Below are positions 50,925 through 61,391 of a DNA stretch of 64,000 nt, piece by piece; the stretch's first letter is position 1, and every line of letters begins with the position of its first letter. The notes beneath the pieces were generated by a model. That model was not told the DNA's origin and searched no databases. It was given only the letters and a program-made list of their open reading frames with translations. The stretch covers positions 768,001-832,000 of the forward strand of contig OY969559.1 in assembly GCA_963701075.1 (NCBI GenBank). Direction: 5' to 3'. This DNA is from an uncultured Nitrososphaerota archaeon (GTDB lineage Archaea > Thermoproteota > Nitrososphaeria > Nitrososphaerales > Nitrosopumilaceae). The position numbers and the translations under genes are program-made.

Positions 50925-51000
50925 TTAGCTAGGCCTAAGATGATTTGCGATGTCAGTCGACAAATATTGTATCCGTTTACATGCATTTAGCTTAGCCTAC
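50925..51000 (+). promoter_or_regulatory. two DtxR/MntR-like boxes upstream of sufB
   Basis: TTAGCTAGGCCTAA (50925-50938) and TTAGCTTAGCCTAC (50987-51000), similar to TTAGGTTAGCCTAA. Confidence 0.45.
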
Positions 51001-51062
51001 TCCGCTGTACATGTGTGAAGAGGGGTATAACTTTTTTATAATATAACGGAGTTATGTAAAGC

Positions 51063-52463
51063 ATGACAACAGAGAACCTCAATATGGATTATACAAAATA
51101 TGATTTCAAAGACTCTACTGAGATGTATGTTTACACAAGTAAGAAGGGGTTATCAAAAGAAGTAGTTGAAGAGATTAGCAAACTAAAGGATGAGCCACAA
51201 TGGATGCTAGACTTTAGACTCCGCTCATATGATATCTTCATGAAAAAACCAATGCCAAATTGGGGTGCAGATCTCAAAACTATTGACTTTAACAATATCT
51301 ACTATTACGCCAAGGCTTCTGAAAAGACAGAAAAAGATTGGGATAGCGTTCCAGCAGAAGTAAAGGCAACCTTTGATAAGCTTGGAATTCCAGAGGCCGA
51401 AAAGAAGTTTTTGGCCGGAGTCGGGGCTCAATACGAATCTGAGGTTGTTTATCATAGCCTAAGAGAAGACCTCGCAAAGAAGGGCGTTCTCTTCCTTGAC
51501 ACTGACACTGCTCTAAAAGAACATCCAGAAATTCTCAAGAAATATTTTGGTAAAATAATTCCGCCAGAAGATAATAAATTTGCGGCACTTAACAGCGCTG
51601 TCTGGAGCGGTGGATCGTTCATCTATGTTCCAAAGGGCGTAAAGGTAGACCTGCCATTACAAGCATACTTTAGAATCAACAAGGAGAATATCGGTCAGTT
51701 TGAAAGAACACTGATAATTGCTGACGAAGGCGCCGAGGTTCATTACATAGAAGGATGTACAGCTCCTGTATACTCCTCAGAATCACTGCACTCTGCAGTT
51801 GTTGAATTGATTGCAATGAAAGGTGCTAAACTGAGATACACCACGATTCAAAACTGGAGCAATGATGTTTACAACTTGGTTACAAAGAGAGCATATGCAT
51901 ACGAAGGCGCTAGAGTTGAATGGATTGACGGTAACATTGGAAGTAGGGTCACCATGAAATATCCAGGAATTTATCTCCTTGGACAAAGAGCACATGGAGA
52001 GACACTATCAATTGCATTTGCAGGCAAGAACCAACACCAAGACACTGGTGCAAAAATGGTTCATCTTGCTCCGTATACTACATCTAGAACTACATCTAAA
52101 TCAGTAAGCAAGAGCAACGGCAGAACTACATACAGAGGGCTATTGCATGTTGCCAAGGGAGCAACAAACGTCAAAGCTTCGGTAAGATGTGACGCTCTTT
52201 TACTTGATGATACATCCAAGACTGACACTTATCCTTACATGGAAATTAACCAAGAAGATGCAACAATTACTCATGAAGCAACTGTAGGTAAGATAGGCGA
52301 CGAGCAAATATTCTATCTAATGACAAGAGGTTTCACAGAAGAAGAAGCACTCACTCTCATTGTAAACGGATTCATCGAGCCATTCACTAAAGAGCTACCG
52401 ATGGAATATGCAGTTGAGCTCAATAGGCTAATCAAACTTGAAATGGATGGCTCAGTCGGTTAG
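51063..52463 (+). CDS. sufB: Fe-S cluster assembly protein SufB
   Basis: [58 protein letters not shown]. Confidence 0.96.
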   Translation: MTTENLNMDYTKYDFKDSTEMYVYTSKKGLSKEVVEEISKLKDEPQWMLDFRLRSYDIFMKKPMPNWGADLKTIDFNNIYYYAKASEKTEKDWDSVPAEVKATFDKLGIPEAEKKFLAGVGAQYESEVVYHSLREDLAKKGVLFLDTDTALKEHPEILKKYFGKIIPPEDNKFAALNSAVWSGGSFIYVPKGVKVDLPLQAYFRINKENIGQFERTLIIADEGAEVHYIEGCTAPVYSSESLHSAVVELIAMKGAKLRYTTIQNWSNDVYNLVTKRAYAYEGARVEWIDGNIGSRVTMKYPGIYLLGQRAHGETLSIAFAGKNQHQDTGAKMVHLAPYTTSRTTSKSVSKSNGRTTYRGLLHVAKGATNVKASVRCDALLLDDTSKTDTYPYMEINQEDATITHEATVGKIGDEQIFYLMTRGFTEEEALTLIVNGFIEPFTKELPMEYAVELNRLIKLEMDGSVG

Positions 52464-52493
52464 TCCGACTTGCCAATAGCACTCTGAGCGGAT

Positions 52494-53894
52494 ATGTCAT
52501 CTTTTGTCCTGTCTAAGCTTGGCGTAAATCATCTAGATGAAATCTCTGAGGCCAACAACGAGCCAGTTTGGCTAAAAGACTATAGAAAGAATTCGTTTTC
52601 AATTTACGAGCGACTCCCGCCTGAAGTTTCTCCACTTTATAACAAATACACAGATGCCAATAGAATGGATGCGTCACAAGTGACATTCTCTTTAAGCTCT
52701 GACACCACACTGCCTGATTTTGTAAATGACAGACTAGCTGAAATTTCAGACAATCCATACATAATTCAGATAGGGACAAACATTTCAAAGATAAGCATAC
52801 CTTCAGAATTAAAATCAAAGGGTCTAGTTGTCTGCTCAATTCAAGATGCCATAAGAGAGCATGAAGATAAGATAAGAAAAACATTTGAAAAAATTGATGC
52901 CAACAGAGACAAATATGTTGCACTCAACAATGCATTTTTCAATTCTGGAATTTTTATCTATGTTCCACGGAACCTAGTTTTAGAAAAACAAATCCACATG
53001 ATATCTTCTCTCTCCCTTGACCAGTCCTCTACCATATCTAGGAATATTGTAATAGGAGATGAAAACAGCAAGGCATCTATAGTCCAAGAGATTTATGCAC
53101 CAAAATCCGCCAAGCAACAAGCATATCTTGAGGTTCTCGACGCTACTGTTAACCCAAATAGTCAGCTTGAACTTGTTACACTGCAAGCAATGGATCAAAA
53201 TGCAGTAAACTTTTCATCTAGAGCCGCAAGGATTGCACAAGATGCCAAAATGAGCTGGTACCTTGGATTGTTTGGCTCATATCTTTCAAGATACAAAGTT
53301 GATAACTACCTCAATGGAACCGGCGCAAATGCACATGATACCGAAGTAGTGTTTGGAAACAATAATCAATCATTTGATCTGGCTTCTAATCTGATACATA
53401 ATGCCCCTTCTACTATTGGCCGAGTCTTGGAAAAATCTGTTCTCAAAGATACTTCCAAGTCTCTCTTTAAGGGAATGATTAGAATTGAAAAAGATGCGCA
53501 CCATTCAGAATCATATCTTGCAGGCCACTCAATATTGTTAGATAAGGGAGCAAAATCAGATTCCATTCCAGGCCTTGAAATACTAACAAACGATGTAAAG
53601 GCAACGCATTCGGCCTCGGTTGCTCAGATGGATGAAGAACAGCTATTCTATCTTGCCACTCGATGTTTGGACAAATCAGGAGCACAAAAGATCATAGTGG
53701 AAGGATTTCTTGAACCTCTGTCAAGAAAGATGTCATACCAGATTCGTGCCTGGATAAGCTATCTTATTGAATCAAAATGGCTTGGCAGGGACCTTAAGAT
53801 CAAAACAGATGAGCAACTCAAAGCAATACTCGAAGTAGAGGAGGCAAGATACCGCGAGACCGATATCTTCGAGAGCCATTACAAGTACAGGTGA
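52494..53894 (+). CDS. sufD: Fe-S cluster assembly protein SufD
   Basis: ALNNAF, FKGMI.I, S.PGLEI..NDVKATHSA, LFYL..R. Confidence 0.92.
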   Translation: MSSFVLSKLGVNHLDEISEANNEPVWLKDYRKNSFSIYERLPPEVSPLYNKYTDANRMDASQVTFSLSSDTTLPDFVNDRLAEISDNPYIIQIGTNISKISIPSELKSKGLVVCSIQDAIREHEDKIRKTFEKIDANRDKYVALNNAFFNSGIFIYVPRNLVLEKQIHMISSLSLDQSSTISRNIVIGDENSKASIVQEIYAPKSAKQQAYLEVLDATVNPNSQLELVTLQAMDQNAVNFSSRAARIAQDAKMSWYLGLFGSYLSRYKVDNYLNGTGANAHDTEVVFGNNNQSFDLASNLIHNAPSTIGRVLEKSVLKDTSKSLFKGMIRIEKDAHHSESYLAGHSILLDKGAKSDSIPGLEILTNDVKATHSASVAQMDEEQLFYLATRCLDKSGAQKIIVEGFLEPLSRKMSYQIRAWISYLIESKWLGRDLKIKTDEQLKAILEVEEARYRETDIFESHYKYR

Positions 53895-54211
53895 GTATGT
53901 TGTCAGAATGGGTCAAAGTCTGTGGCACAAGTGATCTGAAAAAAGGAGACATGCTAGATTTCGATTACAAGGAAAAAAAAATTCTCTTAGCAAATCTTAA
54001 CGGAAAGGTTTACGCAACAGATAGAATCTGTACTCATGCAGATGCTGACCTTGCAACAGGAATTTTGACCGAAGAGGGGGTTACATGCCCTCTGCATCTC
54101 TCAACATTTAATCTTGCGACAGGCGTTCCTCAAAACCTTCCAGCTGAGATACCGCTTAAAATCTACAATGTTAAAATAGAACAAAATGAGATCTATGTTG
54201 AGGTAAAATAA
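53891..54211 (+). CDS. Rieske [2Fe-2S] ferredoxin
   Basis: CTH...CPLH.S.F.L.TG. Confidence 0.92.
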   Translation: MSMLSEWVKVCGTSDLKKGDMLDFDYKEKKILLANLNGKVYATDRICTHADADLATGILTEEGVTCPLHLSTFNLATGVPQNLPAEIPLKIYNVKIEQNEIYVEVK

Positions 54212-54212
54212 T

Positions 54213-55457
54213 TTGCAAGCAAGCATGATACACATTGAAAATATTAGAAAAGATTTTCCTATTCTCAAACGTAAAGTTCACAAAGACAAGGCCTTGATCT
54301 ATTTTGATAACGCAGCAACCACGCAAAAGCCAATACAAGTAATTGACGCCATAAGCAATTATTATCTAAATTATAACTCAAACATTCACAGAGCAGTTCA
54401 TGAATTGGCCGAAGAGGCAACAATGGCATATGAGAGCACCAGGGATAAGATTGTAAAATTCATCAATGCAAAGAGTCGCGAAGAGATTGTTTTTGTTAGA
54501 GGAACAACGGAGGCAATAAATCTGGTCGCTTATGCTTGGGGACGACAAAATATTAACAAAGATGACATTATAGTTACCACCGAATACGAGCATCACAGCA
54601 ATATTGTTCCATGGCAACTATTGGCAAAAGAAAAAGGTGCAAAATTAGAGTACATCGGAGTTGATGATAATGGTGAACTCTTGCTTGATCAACTTGACAA
54701 ATATTTGGAAACTGGTAGAGTGAAACTTGTTGCATTCAGTCAGATGTCAAATGTTCTTGGTACCATAACTGACTCTGAAGAAATTATCAGACGTTGCAAG
54801 AAAAAAGGAGTCAGAGTACTAGTAGATGCAGCCCAATCTGTTCCTCATCTCAAAGTAGATCTGCAAAAACTAGATTGCGACTTTTTTGCATTCTCTGCCC
54901 ATAAGATGTTAGGACCAACTGGTGTTGGTGTGCTATGGGCAAGAAAAGAACTGCTTGAAGGCATGGTTCCATTTAATGGCGGAGGAGACATGATCCGTGA
55001 GGTCCACAAGTATGAAACATCATGGAACGATCTGCCTTACAAGTTTGAGGCAGGAACTCCAAATATTGCAGATGTGATTGGATTTGCTGCTGCTATTGAT
55101 TATCTTGAAAGAATAGGGATGGATAAGGTACGCGAGCATGAGATGGAGTTAACAAAGTATGCGCTTGACAAGATTTCTCAGATAAAAGGAATAAAGCTTT
55201 ACGGACCGATGGATGTTGCAAAACGTGGCGGTGTAATATCATTTAATCTGGGAGATATTCATCCGCATGATCTTGCAACAATAATTGATGAAGATGGAGT
55301 TGCAATTCGCTCAGGACACCATTGTGCACAGGTGCTAATGGAAAGACTGGATGTTTCTGCGACTTCTCGCGCAAGCTTTTATATTTATAATACAAAGGAT
55401 GAAGTAGATGTTTTTATCAAGTCGCTCTATAGGGCAAAGGAGTTGTTTAGACTTTGA
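54213..55457 (+). CDS. sufS: cysteine desulfurase SufS
   Basis: YFDNAATTQKP, EHHSNIVPW, FSAHKMLGPTG, FEAGTP, RSGHHCA. Confidence 0.96.
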   Translation: MQASMIHIENIRKDFPILKRKVHKDKALIYFDNAATTQKPIQVIDAISNYYLNYNSNIHRAVHELAEEATMAYESTRDKIVKFINAKSREEIVFVRGTTEAINLVAYAWGRQNINKDDIIVTTEYEHHSNIVPWQLLAKEKGAKLEYIGVDDNGELLLDQLDKYLETGRVKLVAFSQMSNVLGTITDSEEIIRRCKKKGVRVLVDAAQSVPHLKVDLQKLDCDFFAFSAHKMLGPTGVGVLWARKELLEGMVPFNGGGDMIREVHKYETSWNDLPYKFEAGTPNIADVIGFAAAIDYLERIGMDKVREHEMELTKYALDKISQIKGIKLYGPMDVAKRGGVISFNLGDIHPHDLATIIDEDGVAIRSGHHCAQVLMERLDVSATSRASFYIYNTKDEVDVFIKSLYRAKELFRL

Positions 55458-55894
55458 GTAGTGCGGACATTTATCGAGAGATCATACTAGATTATTACAG
55501 GAATCCAAGAAATTATGGCAAGCTGACAAATCCCGATATTGCACAGAGAGACAGCAATCCACTTTGTGGCGATGAACTTGAGATGCATCTTAACATAAAT
55601 GAGAATAAAGTAGTAGACGTCAAGTTCACCGGAAAAGGATGTGCGATAAGCCAAGCCAGCGCCTCAATGCTCACTGAACTTATTATGGGAAAAAACTTTG
55701 AAGAGGTAAAGAAGCTCTCTAAAGAAGACATACTGGATAACCTTGGTCTGCATGACCTAGGACCTGCCAGAATAAAGTGTGCACTGCTATCACTTAAGGT
55801 TCTAAAATCCGGCCTGTATTCTTATCTCTTAGAGAAACTAAAGGATACAGAGTCTGCAGATAAGATAAAAGAAGAAGCCTCGGGTCTGTATTGA
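55454..55894 (+). CDS. sufU: SufU/IscU-type scaffold / sulfur-transfer protein
   Basis: ILDYYRNPRNYG, NPLCGD, GCAISQASAS, RIKCALL. Confidence 0.92.
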   Translation: MSSADIYREIILDYYRNPRNYGKLTNPDIAQRDSNPLCGDELEMHLNINENKVVDVKFTGKGCAISQASASMLTELIMGKNFEEVKKLSKEDILDNLGLHDLGPARIKCALLSLKVLKSGLYSYLLEKLKDTESADKIKEEASGLY

Positions 55895-55895
55895 C

Positions 55896-56234
55896 TTGAC
55901 AACCCAAACAGTGACAATACCTATTCAGATAAGAAAAATAATTTTTGAAAAGTTCAACGATCCTAATCTTAGGTTTACAAATGATGAGATTTTTGAGTTT
56001 TTACAGGGCAATGGACTTGACAGCTCTCTTACGATAGATGACATGGAGACATACTTTAAACAATTACATGATGATGGACTGATAAGACCTATTGCCCAGA
56101 ACTTTACCACCCAGTGGTTTAAGATCTTCGATGTAATTGAGAAACATAACTGCAAGTCTTGCAACCAAGAATTTTACTTGGGTAAACTGGAACCACAAGT
56201 ATGTCCAAACTCTCAGTGCAAGGCAGCTATTTAG
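55896..56234 (+). CDS. hypothetical protein, wHTH-like with C-terminal Zn ribbon
   Basis: FTNDEIFE.L...GLIRPI; CKSC...CPNSQC; last gene of the suf operon. Confidence 0.7.
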   Translation: MTTQTVTIPIQIRKIIFEKFNDPNLRFTNDEIFEFLQGNGLDSSLTIDDMETYFKQLHDDGLIRPIAQNFTTQWFKIFDVIEKHNCKSCNQEFYLGKLEPQVCPNSQCKAAI

Positions 56235-57435
56235 CTCTATATCTTGCAGCTGCCTCTTCTAACGCTTGAATCATTGGGAGCTTTGCACCAGTCAAATACA
56301 ATACCAGCGCACCGCCTGCAGTACTAATGTGGTTGATCTTCTCTGTTAGACCATATCTTTTCAGGGCAGCTGTTAGGTGACCTCCGCTTACTATGGTTGT
56401 GGCAAAAGAGTCAGCTACTCCCTTGAGAAGAGCTTCTGTTCCAAACTTGAAATTCTCGTTTTCAAAAAATCCGGCAGGACCGCTCATGAATACGGTACCT
56501 GCACCTTGTATTGACTTGAGATAATACTCAACCGTCTTTGGACCCAAGTCAAATATGTTATCACCCTTGATAAGCTCACGAACATCTATCTCTACTCTCT
56601 TTCCGTTTCTTTCTACCGCAATGTCTACTGGAACTGAAAAGACATCGGGATATTCTCCTATGAGAGAATGGGCCTTTTGCACTACCTCTTCTTCTCTTTT
56701 TATTCCTAGTGGAAACTTGATTCTTCCCTGTGCTCTTAGAAACACATTTGCTATTACACCAGTAAGCAGTACTTGATCAGCTCGTCCATTTTGAATCAAT
56801 TCCTTTATTGCCTCAAGCCTGTCAATCACCTTTGATCCTCCAAGGACTAGAACATGAGGCCCTTTTGTAATAGTCATTATTTCATCAAGTTTTCTTACTT
56901 CGCGTTCTACTAGTCTTCCAGCACATGCAGGAAGAACATGTGCAAATCCTATGATTGATGGATGAGATCGGTGCGAACTTGGAAAAGAATCCAGAACACA
57001 CAGATCAAACAATTTGGAGAGTCGAGTTACCATGATAGTTTGTGACGCATCGGGAGACAAGAACTCATAATTCTCTTCAGCACAAAGCCTCAAGTTATCA
57101 AGCAAGATAATGTCGCCATCTTTCATATTTTTAATTTCATTTTGAGCTGCCGATCCAATGACATCCTCGACATATTTTATTTTGCGGCCCAGAATCTGTT
57201 CTAAAACTTTGGCATGATTTTCCATCCCTGTGTAATCCTTGTTACCGACTCTTCCTTGGTGTGATGCAATCACAACCTTTGCCCCCTCCAAATCTTTGAG
57301 GGATTCGGTAGACTCCTTGATCCTACTTGTCTCAATTATCTTCATGGTAGCAGGATCTATTGGACAATTCATGTCTACACGCAAAAAGACAGTCTTACCT
57401 TTAGTATCAAAATCATCAAGAGTGAGGATTCTCAC
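56227..57435 (-). CDS. pgk: phosphoglycerate kinase
   Basis: LRVD.N.P, SHQGR, L.NLR...EE, HR.H.S, LGGSK, DLGPKT, HISTAGGA. Confidence 0.95.
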   Translation of the reverse strand: MRILTLDDFDTKGKTVFLRVDMNCPIDPATMKIIETSRIKESTESLKDLEGAKVVIASHQGRVGNKDYTGMENHAKVLEQILGRKIKYVEDVIGSAAQNEIKNMKDGDIILLDNLRLCAEENYEFLSPDASQTIMVTRLSKLFDLCVLDSFPSSHRSHPSIIGFAHVLPACAGRLVEREVRKLDEIMTITKGPHVLVLGGSKVIDRLEAIKELIQNGRADQVLLTGVIANVFLRAQGRIKFPLGIKREEEVVQKAHSLIGEYPDVFSVPVDIAVERNGKRVEIDVRELIKGDNIFDLGPKTVEYYLKSIQGAGTVFMSGPAGFFENENFKFGTEALLKGVADSFATTIVSGGHLTAALKRYGLTEKINHISTAGGALVLYLTGAKLPMIQALEEAAARYRAK

Positions 57436-57500
57436 GGCGATCCTTTCTTAGGGTTGGTTAAAATCTTTTAGAAATTTGCTAGCGACGCATTAACACTTTT

Positions 57501-57722
57501 CTAGAACAATTTTTCCGTTTGGCAGTACCACAACGAACTTATATCCTCGATCAAGGAATTCCTGAACCTAGTCTGGAAGAACTCTCTGGCTTGGTTTTTG
57601 CAGTTTTTTAGAAACTCTTGCAGCCTTGCCAGTTCGCCGTCTCCCATGGATCTCACTTTCACCTCGATCCATTCCCTAGTCTTAGATCGCTCGTCTGCAG
57701 CAAAGACAACCGTCTTGGGCAT
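57501..57722 (-). CDS. small hypothetical protein (frame open further upstream to about 57800)
   Basis: 73-aa ORF; upstream in-frame extension ILSHRVLIFECAYRFG lacks an ATG. Confidence 0.4.
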   Translation of the reverse strand: MPKTVVFAADERSKTREWIEVKVRSMGDGELARLQEFLKNCKNQAREFFQTRFRNSLIEDISSLWYCQTEKLF

Positions 57723-58151
57723 GACTTTTCTGTAATCATCGACCCGCTCGTTCCCAAACCGATAGGCACATTCAAAGATTAAAACGCGATGCGACAGTAT
57801 ATTTCAATAATCACATAGACCATCCTTGTTAATTTCTATTAATGAATGTAGATTATTACAGATGAGCAGTACTGGGTCCTACCAGATTCATATCTTTCTA
57901 ATCTTTAGTTAGCTTGATTTCGATCCATTCGTAAAAAAAGTAGATATAACAGCCGGAAAATAGAAGTTATTTCGATGAACCCCTCCGAACAAATCGACTT
58001 CAGTTTAGTCAGGGGATCTCTTGCTGACAGTCGGTACAAGTTCAAGAAATGTTGATGCAAAATATTCAAGTAAGCTATTGGAATAGCTACCAAACTCCTT
58101 CTATAATTTTTTATTAAATTCTACGATAATCTGAGCAAGCCTCAGTTCACA

Positions 58152-58364
58152 TTACAATCTTTTATACCAAATTTTAGTCCCTGTTACACCGAGAACACAT
58201 ATAGAACTAATTAGAATGCCTACTCCTACGTAAAACAGAGAGGTATAAGACCACATATGAGGCGGATTTGTTACATAACTATCTTCATACAACATAAGAC
58301 TGCTCACAGGCAATAAGCACATCCCTATTACCATCCACATTTTCTGTTCTGACGTAGGATGCAT
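58152..58364 (-). CDS. small two-TM membrane protein
   Basis: Two hydrophobic segments; 9 bp downstream of tfb. Confidence 0.55.
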   Translation of the reverse strand: MHPTSEQKMWMVIGMCLLPVSSLMLYEDSYVTNPPHMWSYTSLFYVGVGILISSICVLGVTGTKIWYKRL

Positions 58365-58373
58365 GGTACCACA

Positions 58374-59291
58374 TTAGCCTGTTTTAGATCTAGTGAATCT
58401 CTCAAGCCAATGGTATCCAATTTTTATCGTGGTCGTAGTCACGCCAGAGGCTCTTGCGATATCACCCTGTGACTTGTTCTCGTGATTTATTACACACGAT
58501 AAATACAGAGCCGAGGCGGCAATCCCCATTGGTTCCCTTCCTGCAAGAATTCCCTTTTTGGTTGCATCATATATTATCTGTAATGCTGTTCTCTTTGCCT
58601 TCTCACCTAGTCCTGCAATACTTGCTATTCTTGAGACACATTTCAGTGGATCTGCTACCGGCATCTTCAAGTCAAATTCTTTTATAATCGCCCTATATGA
58701 TCTTGCAAGTTCGTTTTTAGAAATGTCGGCAGCCTTGGCTACCTCTTGAATAGTTCTTGGGACATCGTTTTTTCTGCAAACAACATAAAGCGAACCTGCC
58801 ACCATTCCATTTAATGTTCTTCCTCTGAGAAGACCAGTCTCCTTTGATTTTCTGAAAATATATGCAGCTTCTTCAAGCAGATTGTCCGATAGGACAAGAT
58901 TCTCTTTTAATTTGTTAAGAGTCTCGAGTCCTCTTTTCAATGCATTACCAGAGCTATTGATGTAACTCCTGCTGTCCCATATTCTCAGACGTTCTATCGT
59001 TTCTTTCATGTGTGAAGAAAGTGGCTTTCCAAATGCATCCTTATCCTTTTGTCCTATTACGGTCGAGAGTCCCATGTCAAACATGGCAAGAGAAGTAGAA
59101 TTTCCAATTCTGGTATTCTTTTCTCCTTGATCTGTAAACGATCTTCGTTCCTGTCTATGATCTTCAACCCTTTCAAAAACCACAAAACCACAGTTATCGC
59201 AAGTCAATTCACCAGCTGGTACATCATGAATTATAGAGCCTGTTCCACATCTTGGACACTTTTCTTGCATGGTCATAATTTTTCCTTTCAT
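58374..59291 (-). CDS. tfb: transcription initiation factor IIB paralogue
   Basis: CPRCG...GELTCDNCG.V, DMGLST.IG, RLR.WD.R, GLLRGR, GR.P.GIAA.ALY, GVT..TI. Confidence 0.93.
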   Translation of the reverse strand: MKGKIMTMQEKCPRCGTGSIIHDVPAGELTCDNCGFVVFERVEDHRQERRSFTDQGEKNTRIGNSTSLAMFDMGLSTVIGQKDKDAFGKPLSSHMKETIERLRIWDSRSYINSSGNALKRGLETLNKLKENLVLSDNLLEEAAYIFRKSKETGLLRGRTLNGMVAGSLYVVCRKNDVPRTIQEVAKAADISKNELARSYRAIIKEFDLKMPVADPLKCVSRIASIAGLGEKAKRTALQIIYDATKKGILAGREPMGIAASALYLSCVINHENKSQGDIARASGVTTTTIKIGYHWLERFTRSKTG

Positions 59292-59421
59292 TTGAAGAAC
59301 CCCATAAAGTGAATGAATGTAACAGAAAAATTTTTAGACAATTTTCTTTTCAAACCTAAAGTGTTACACTTGATATTTAGAAGATGATGAACATTGTTAA
59401 TCCAGATATAAAAATCAAGGT

Positions 59422-60075
59422 ATGGAATTAAACTTGGAAAAATATGTTTGGCTAGTCAAGGGTGAATCTGTGGTCAGTGTCTTTGTTTATTTAACGATAG
59501 GATCAACCATCCTCACATCTGTAATCATTGGAATAATTTTGCTGTCAACCTGTTCTGTATCTATTGCTCATGCCCAAGTTCAATCGCTACAACAAAATGG
59601 ATTGACAAATAACGGGACCAACGTGCAGGTATTTGAAAATAAAAAATATGATATCAAAATTGAATTTACAACCGAGCCGAACAGACCTACGATATCAAAT
59701 TATACGATGCTTAAATTTAGCGTACAGCACATCAACGGAAGACCAATAAAAAATTTTGTTGCGCATGTTACGAAATTTACTCCAAGTTCTAATCTCACCT
59801 TTACAGGTTCGCAGTACTACCAGTTCAGCCCAATTAATGTCACAAATGGGAATTTTTCTGTACAATATTTTTTTCCAAGCTCTGGACTTTACAGAATCCT
59901 TCTACGCATAGAACCTAATGGTGTGCTCATCGATGCACCGTTTAGTGTATTTATACACAATACTTCGTTTCAAACTACTGATGACATTCTGATATATGGT
60001 GGAATAGCAGCCGCTGCAGTGGGAGGAGGTATTGTTGTTTATTTCAAGTCTAGAAAACGTCCTTCTGTGTTTTAA
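59422..60075 (+). CDS. secreted membrane-anchored Ig-like (YtkA-like) protein
   Basis: Signal ..AHA, F.TEP..P, LKFSVQ, NGNFSVQYFFPSSGLYRI.LR, TM followed by KSRKR; paralogue of 31119. Confidence 0.7.
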   Translation: MELNLEKYVWLVKGESVVSVFVYLTIGSTILTSVIIGIILLSTCSVSIAHAQVQSLQQNGLTNNGTNVQVFENKKYDIKIEFTTEPNRPTISNYTMLKFSVQHINGRPIKNFVAHVTKFTPSSNLTFTGSQYYQFSPINVTNGNFSVQYFFPSSGLYRILLRIEPNGVLIDAPFSVFIHNTSFQTTDDILIYGGIAAAAVGGGIVVYFKSRKRPSVF

Positions 60076-60186
60076 ATCTGTTAATTCCAAGCTGGTTTCA
60101 AATTATGGATACATAGCATGGAATTTGAAGGGAAACATACTGTTAGATCTTCAAATGGAAGACATCGAACTAATTATGAAGTGCTC

Positions 60187-60873
60187 TCAACTTTGACAGG
60201 CTAAAAGATGTGTCAGTGGATCTTTAAGAGAGATCAACTCGTAAGAATATCCTAGATTCTGGTCTGGATAATAATACTGAGCCTTGACTGGGAGCGGAAG
60301 ATTGTCAGCAATCCACACCGTATTGTTTTTTCCATTTGGTTCCATGTATGATAAAACGTATGTTTCAAGGGTTCCAAAGGGAAGAGCGGTCTTGGTACAG
60401 TCTCTCACTCTCATGTGTTTATGCAGTGATCCTATGTAGACATCTCCCCATGAAGCGCCGTTTGCCAGATACTTGTCAGATGTAGCATACCAGTTCATCG
60501 CAAAGATTGTGTTGTCTAGCATGTCAAAGTAAGGCTTGGCTTTCTGAGTCACGTTGGTGAAAAAGTAGACATTTCCAATTGGTATTGTCTGACTGATTGG
60601 ATCTGTTCCGTTATCTGGTTTTATTGAAACAAGCATTGTTTGCTTGCTATCATTTTTTGGCTGAAAATCCACATCCGTGTGGAACTTTGTACCGTTATAA
60701 TCAACCATGTATATCATGCTAGGATAATACTGTGAACCTTTGCCTATGTGCCATCGGCTTGCATTTATTGGTGCGGTATTAAGATGCAGATTTATAAAAA
60801 CTGGCCATACTATTCCTGCTACTGCAGCCACAACTATGATCCCAAAAAGAATCACCGGCTTGGTATATGCCAC
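60187..60873 (-). CDS. N-terminally anchored exported beta-rich protein
   Basis: WHIGKGSQY, AKPYFDMLD, WIADNLPLPVK; paralogue of 39222. Confidence 0.75.
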   Translation of the reverse strand: MAYTKPVILFGIIVVAAVAGIVWPVFINLHLNTAPINASRWHIGKGSQYYPSMIYMVDYNGTKFHTDVDFQPKNDSKQTMLVSIKPDNGTDPISQTIPIGNVYFFTNVTQKAKPYFDMLDNTIFAMNWYATSDKYLANGASWGDVYIGSLHKHMRVRDCTKTALPFGTLETYVLSYMEPNGKNNTVWIADNLPLPVKAQYYYPDQNLGYSYELISLKDPLTHLLACQS

Positions 60874-61391
60874 GTATCCTTAGTTAATCATCCAAGAATT
60901 TAATATCAGACTTAACTTGGGTTTGTCTGACATATCTGGACTACCTTTCTATGGATGATAAGAACATGAGCAGTAGAGAGGTAATGGTATTACAGTAGTT
61001 ACAAATGACGCATTTGCAGGCCATATCTAAAAATTGGAACAATAAAGCTGCTGAACTTGTATAATTCACATACACTAAATAGAAATTAACAAGGACGGTC
61101 TACGTGACTAAGAAATATGCTGCGGTATACCAACGGGAGAAGACCATAGACCGCCTGTATCAAAATTCATTTCATATTATCTAAGGATGTTCCATCATCT
61201 TACCGTGTGTTATGTGGAACTATATTCTATGACGATATTGTTTTACTCTGAAATTATGCATCTAGTTGATAGCAGGTGGAATAGGATGTACATCCATTGC
61301 GGTATAAAACTCTGTTGCGGTGACTGATATCTGTATCAAGGTCAAAGAGCCACCGTTTAGTAACTCCTAAAACATGTTGATGCGGAAGATT

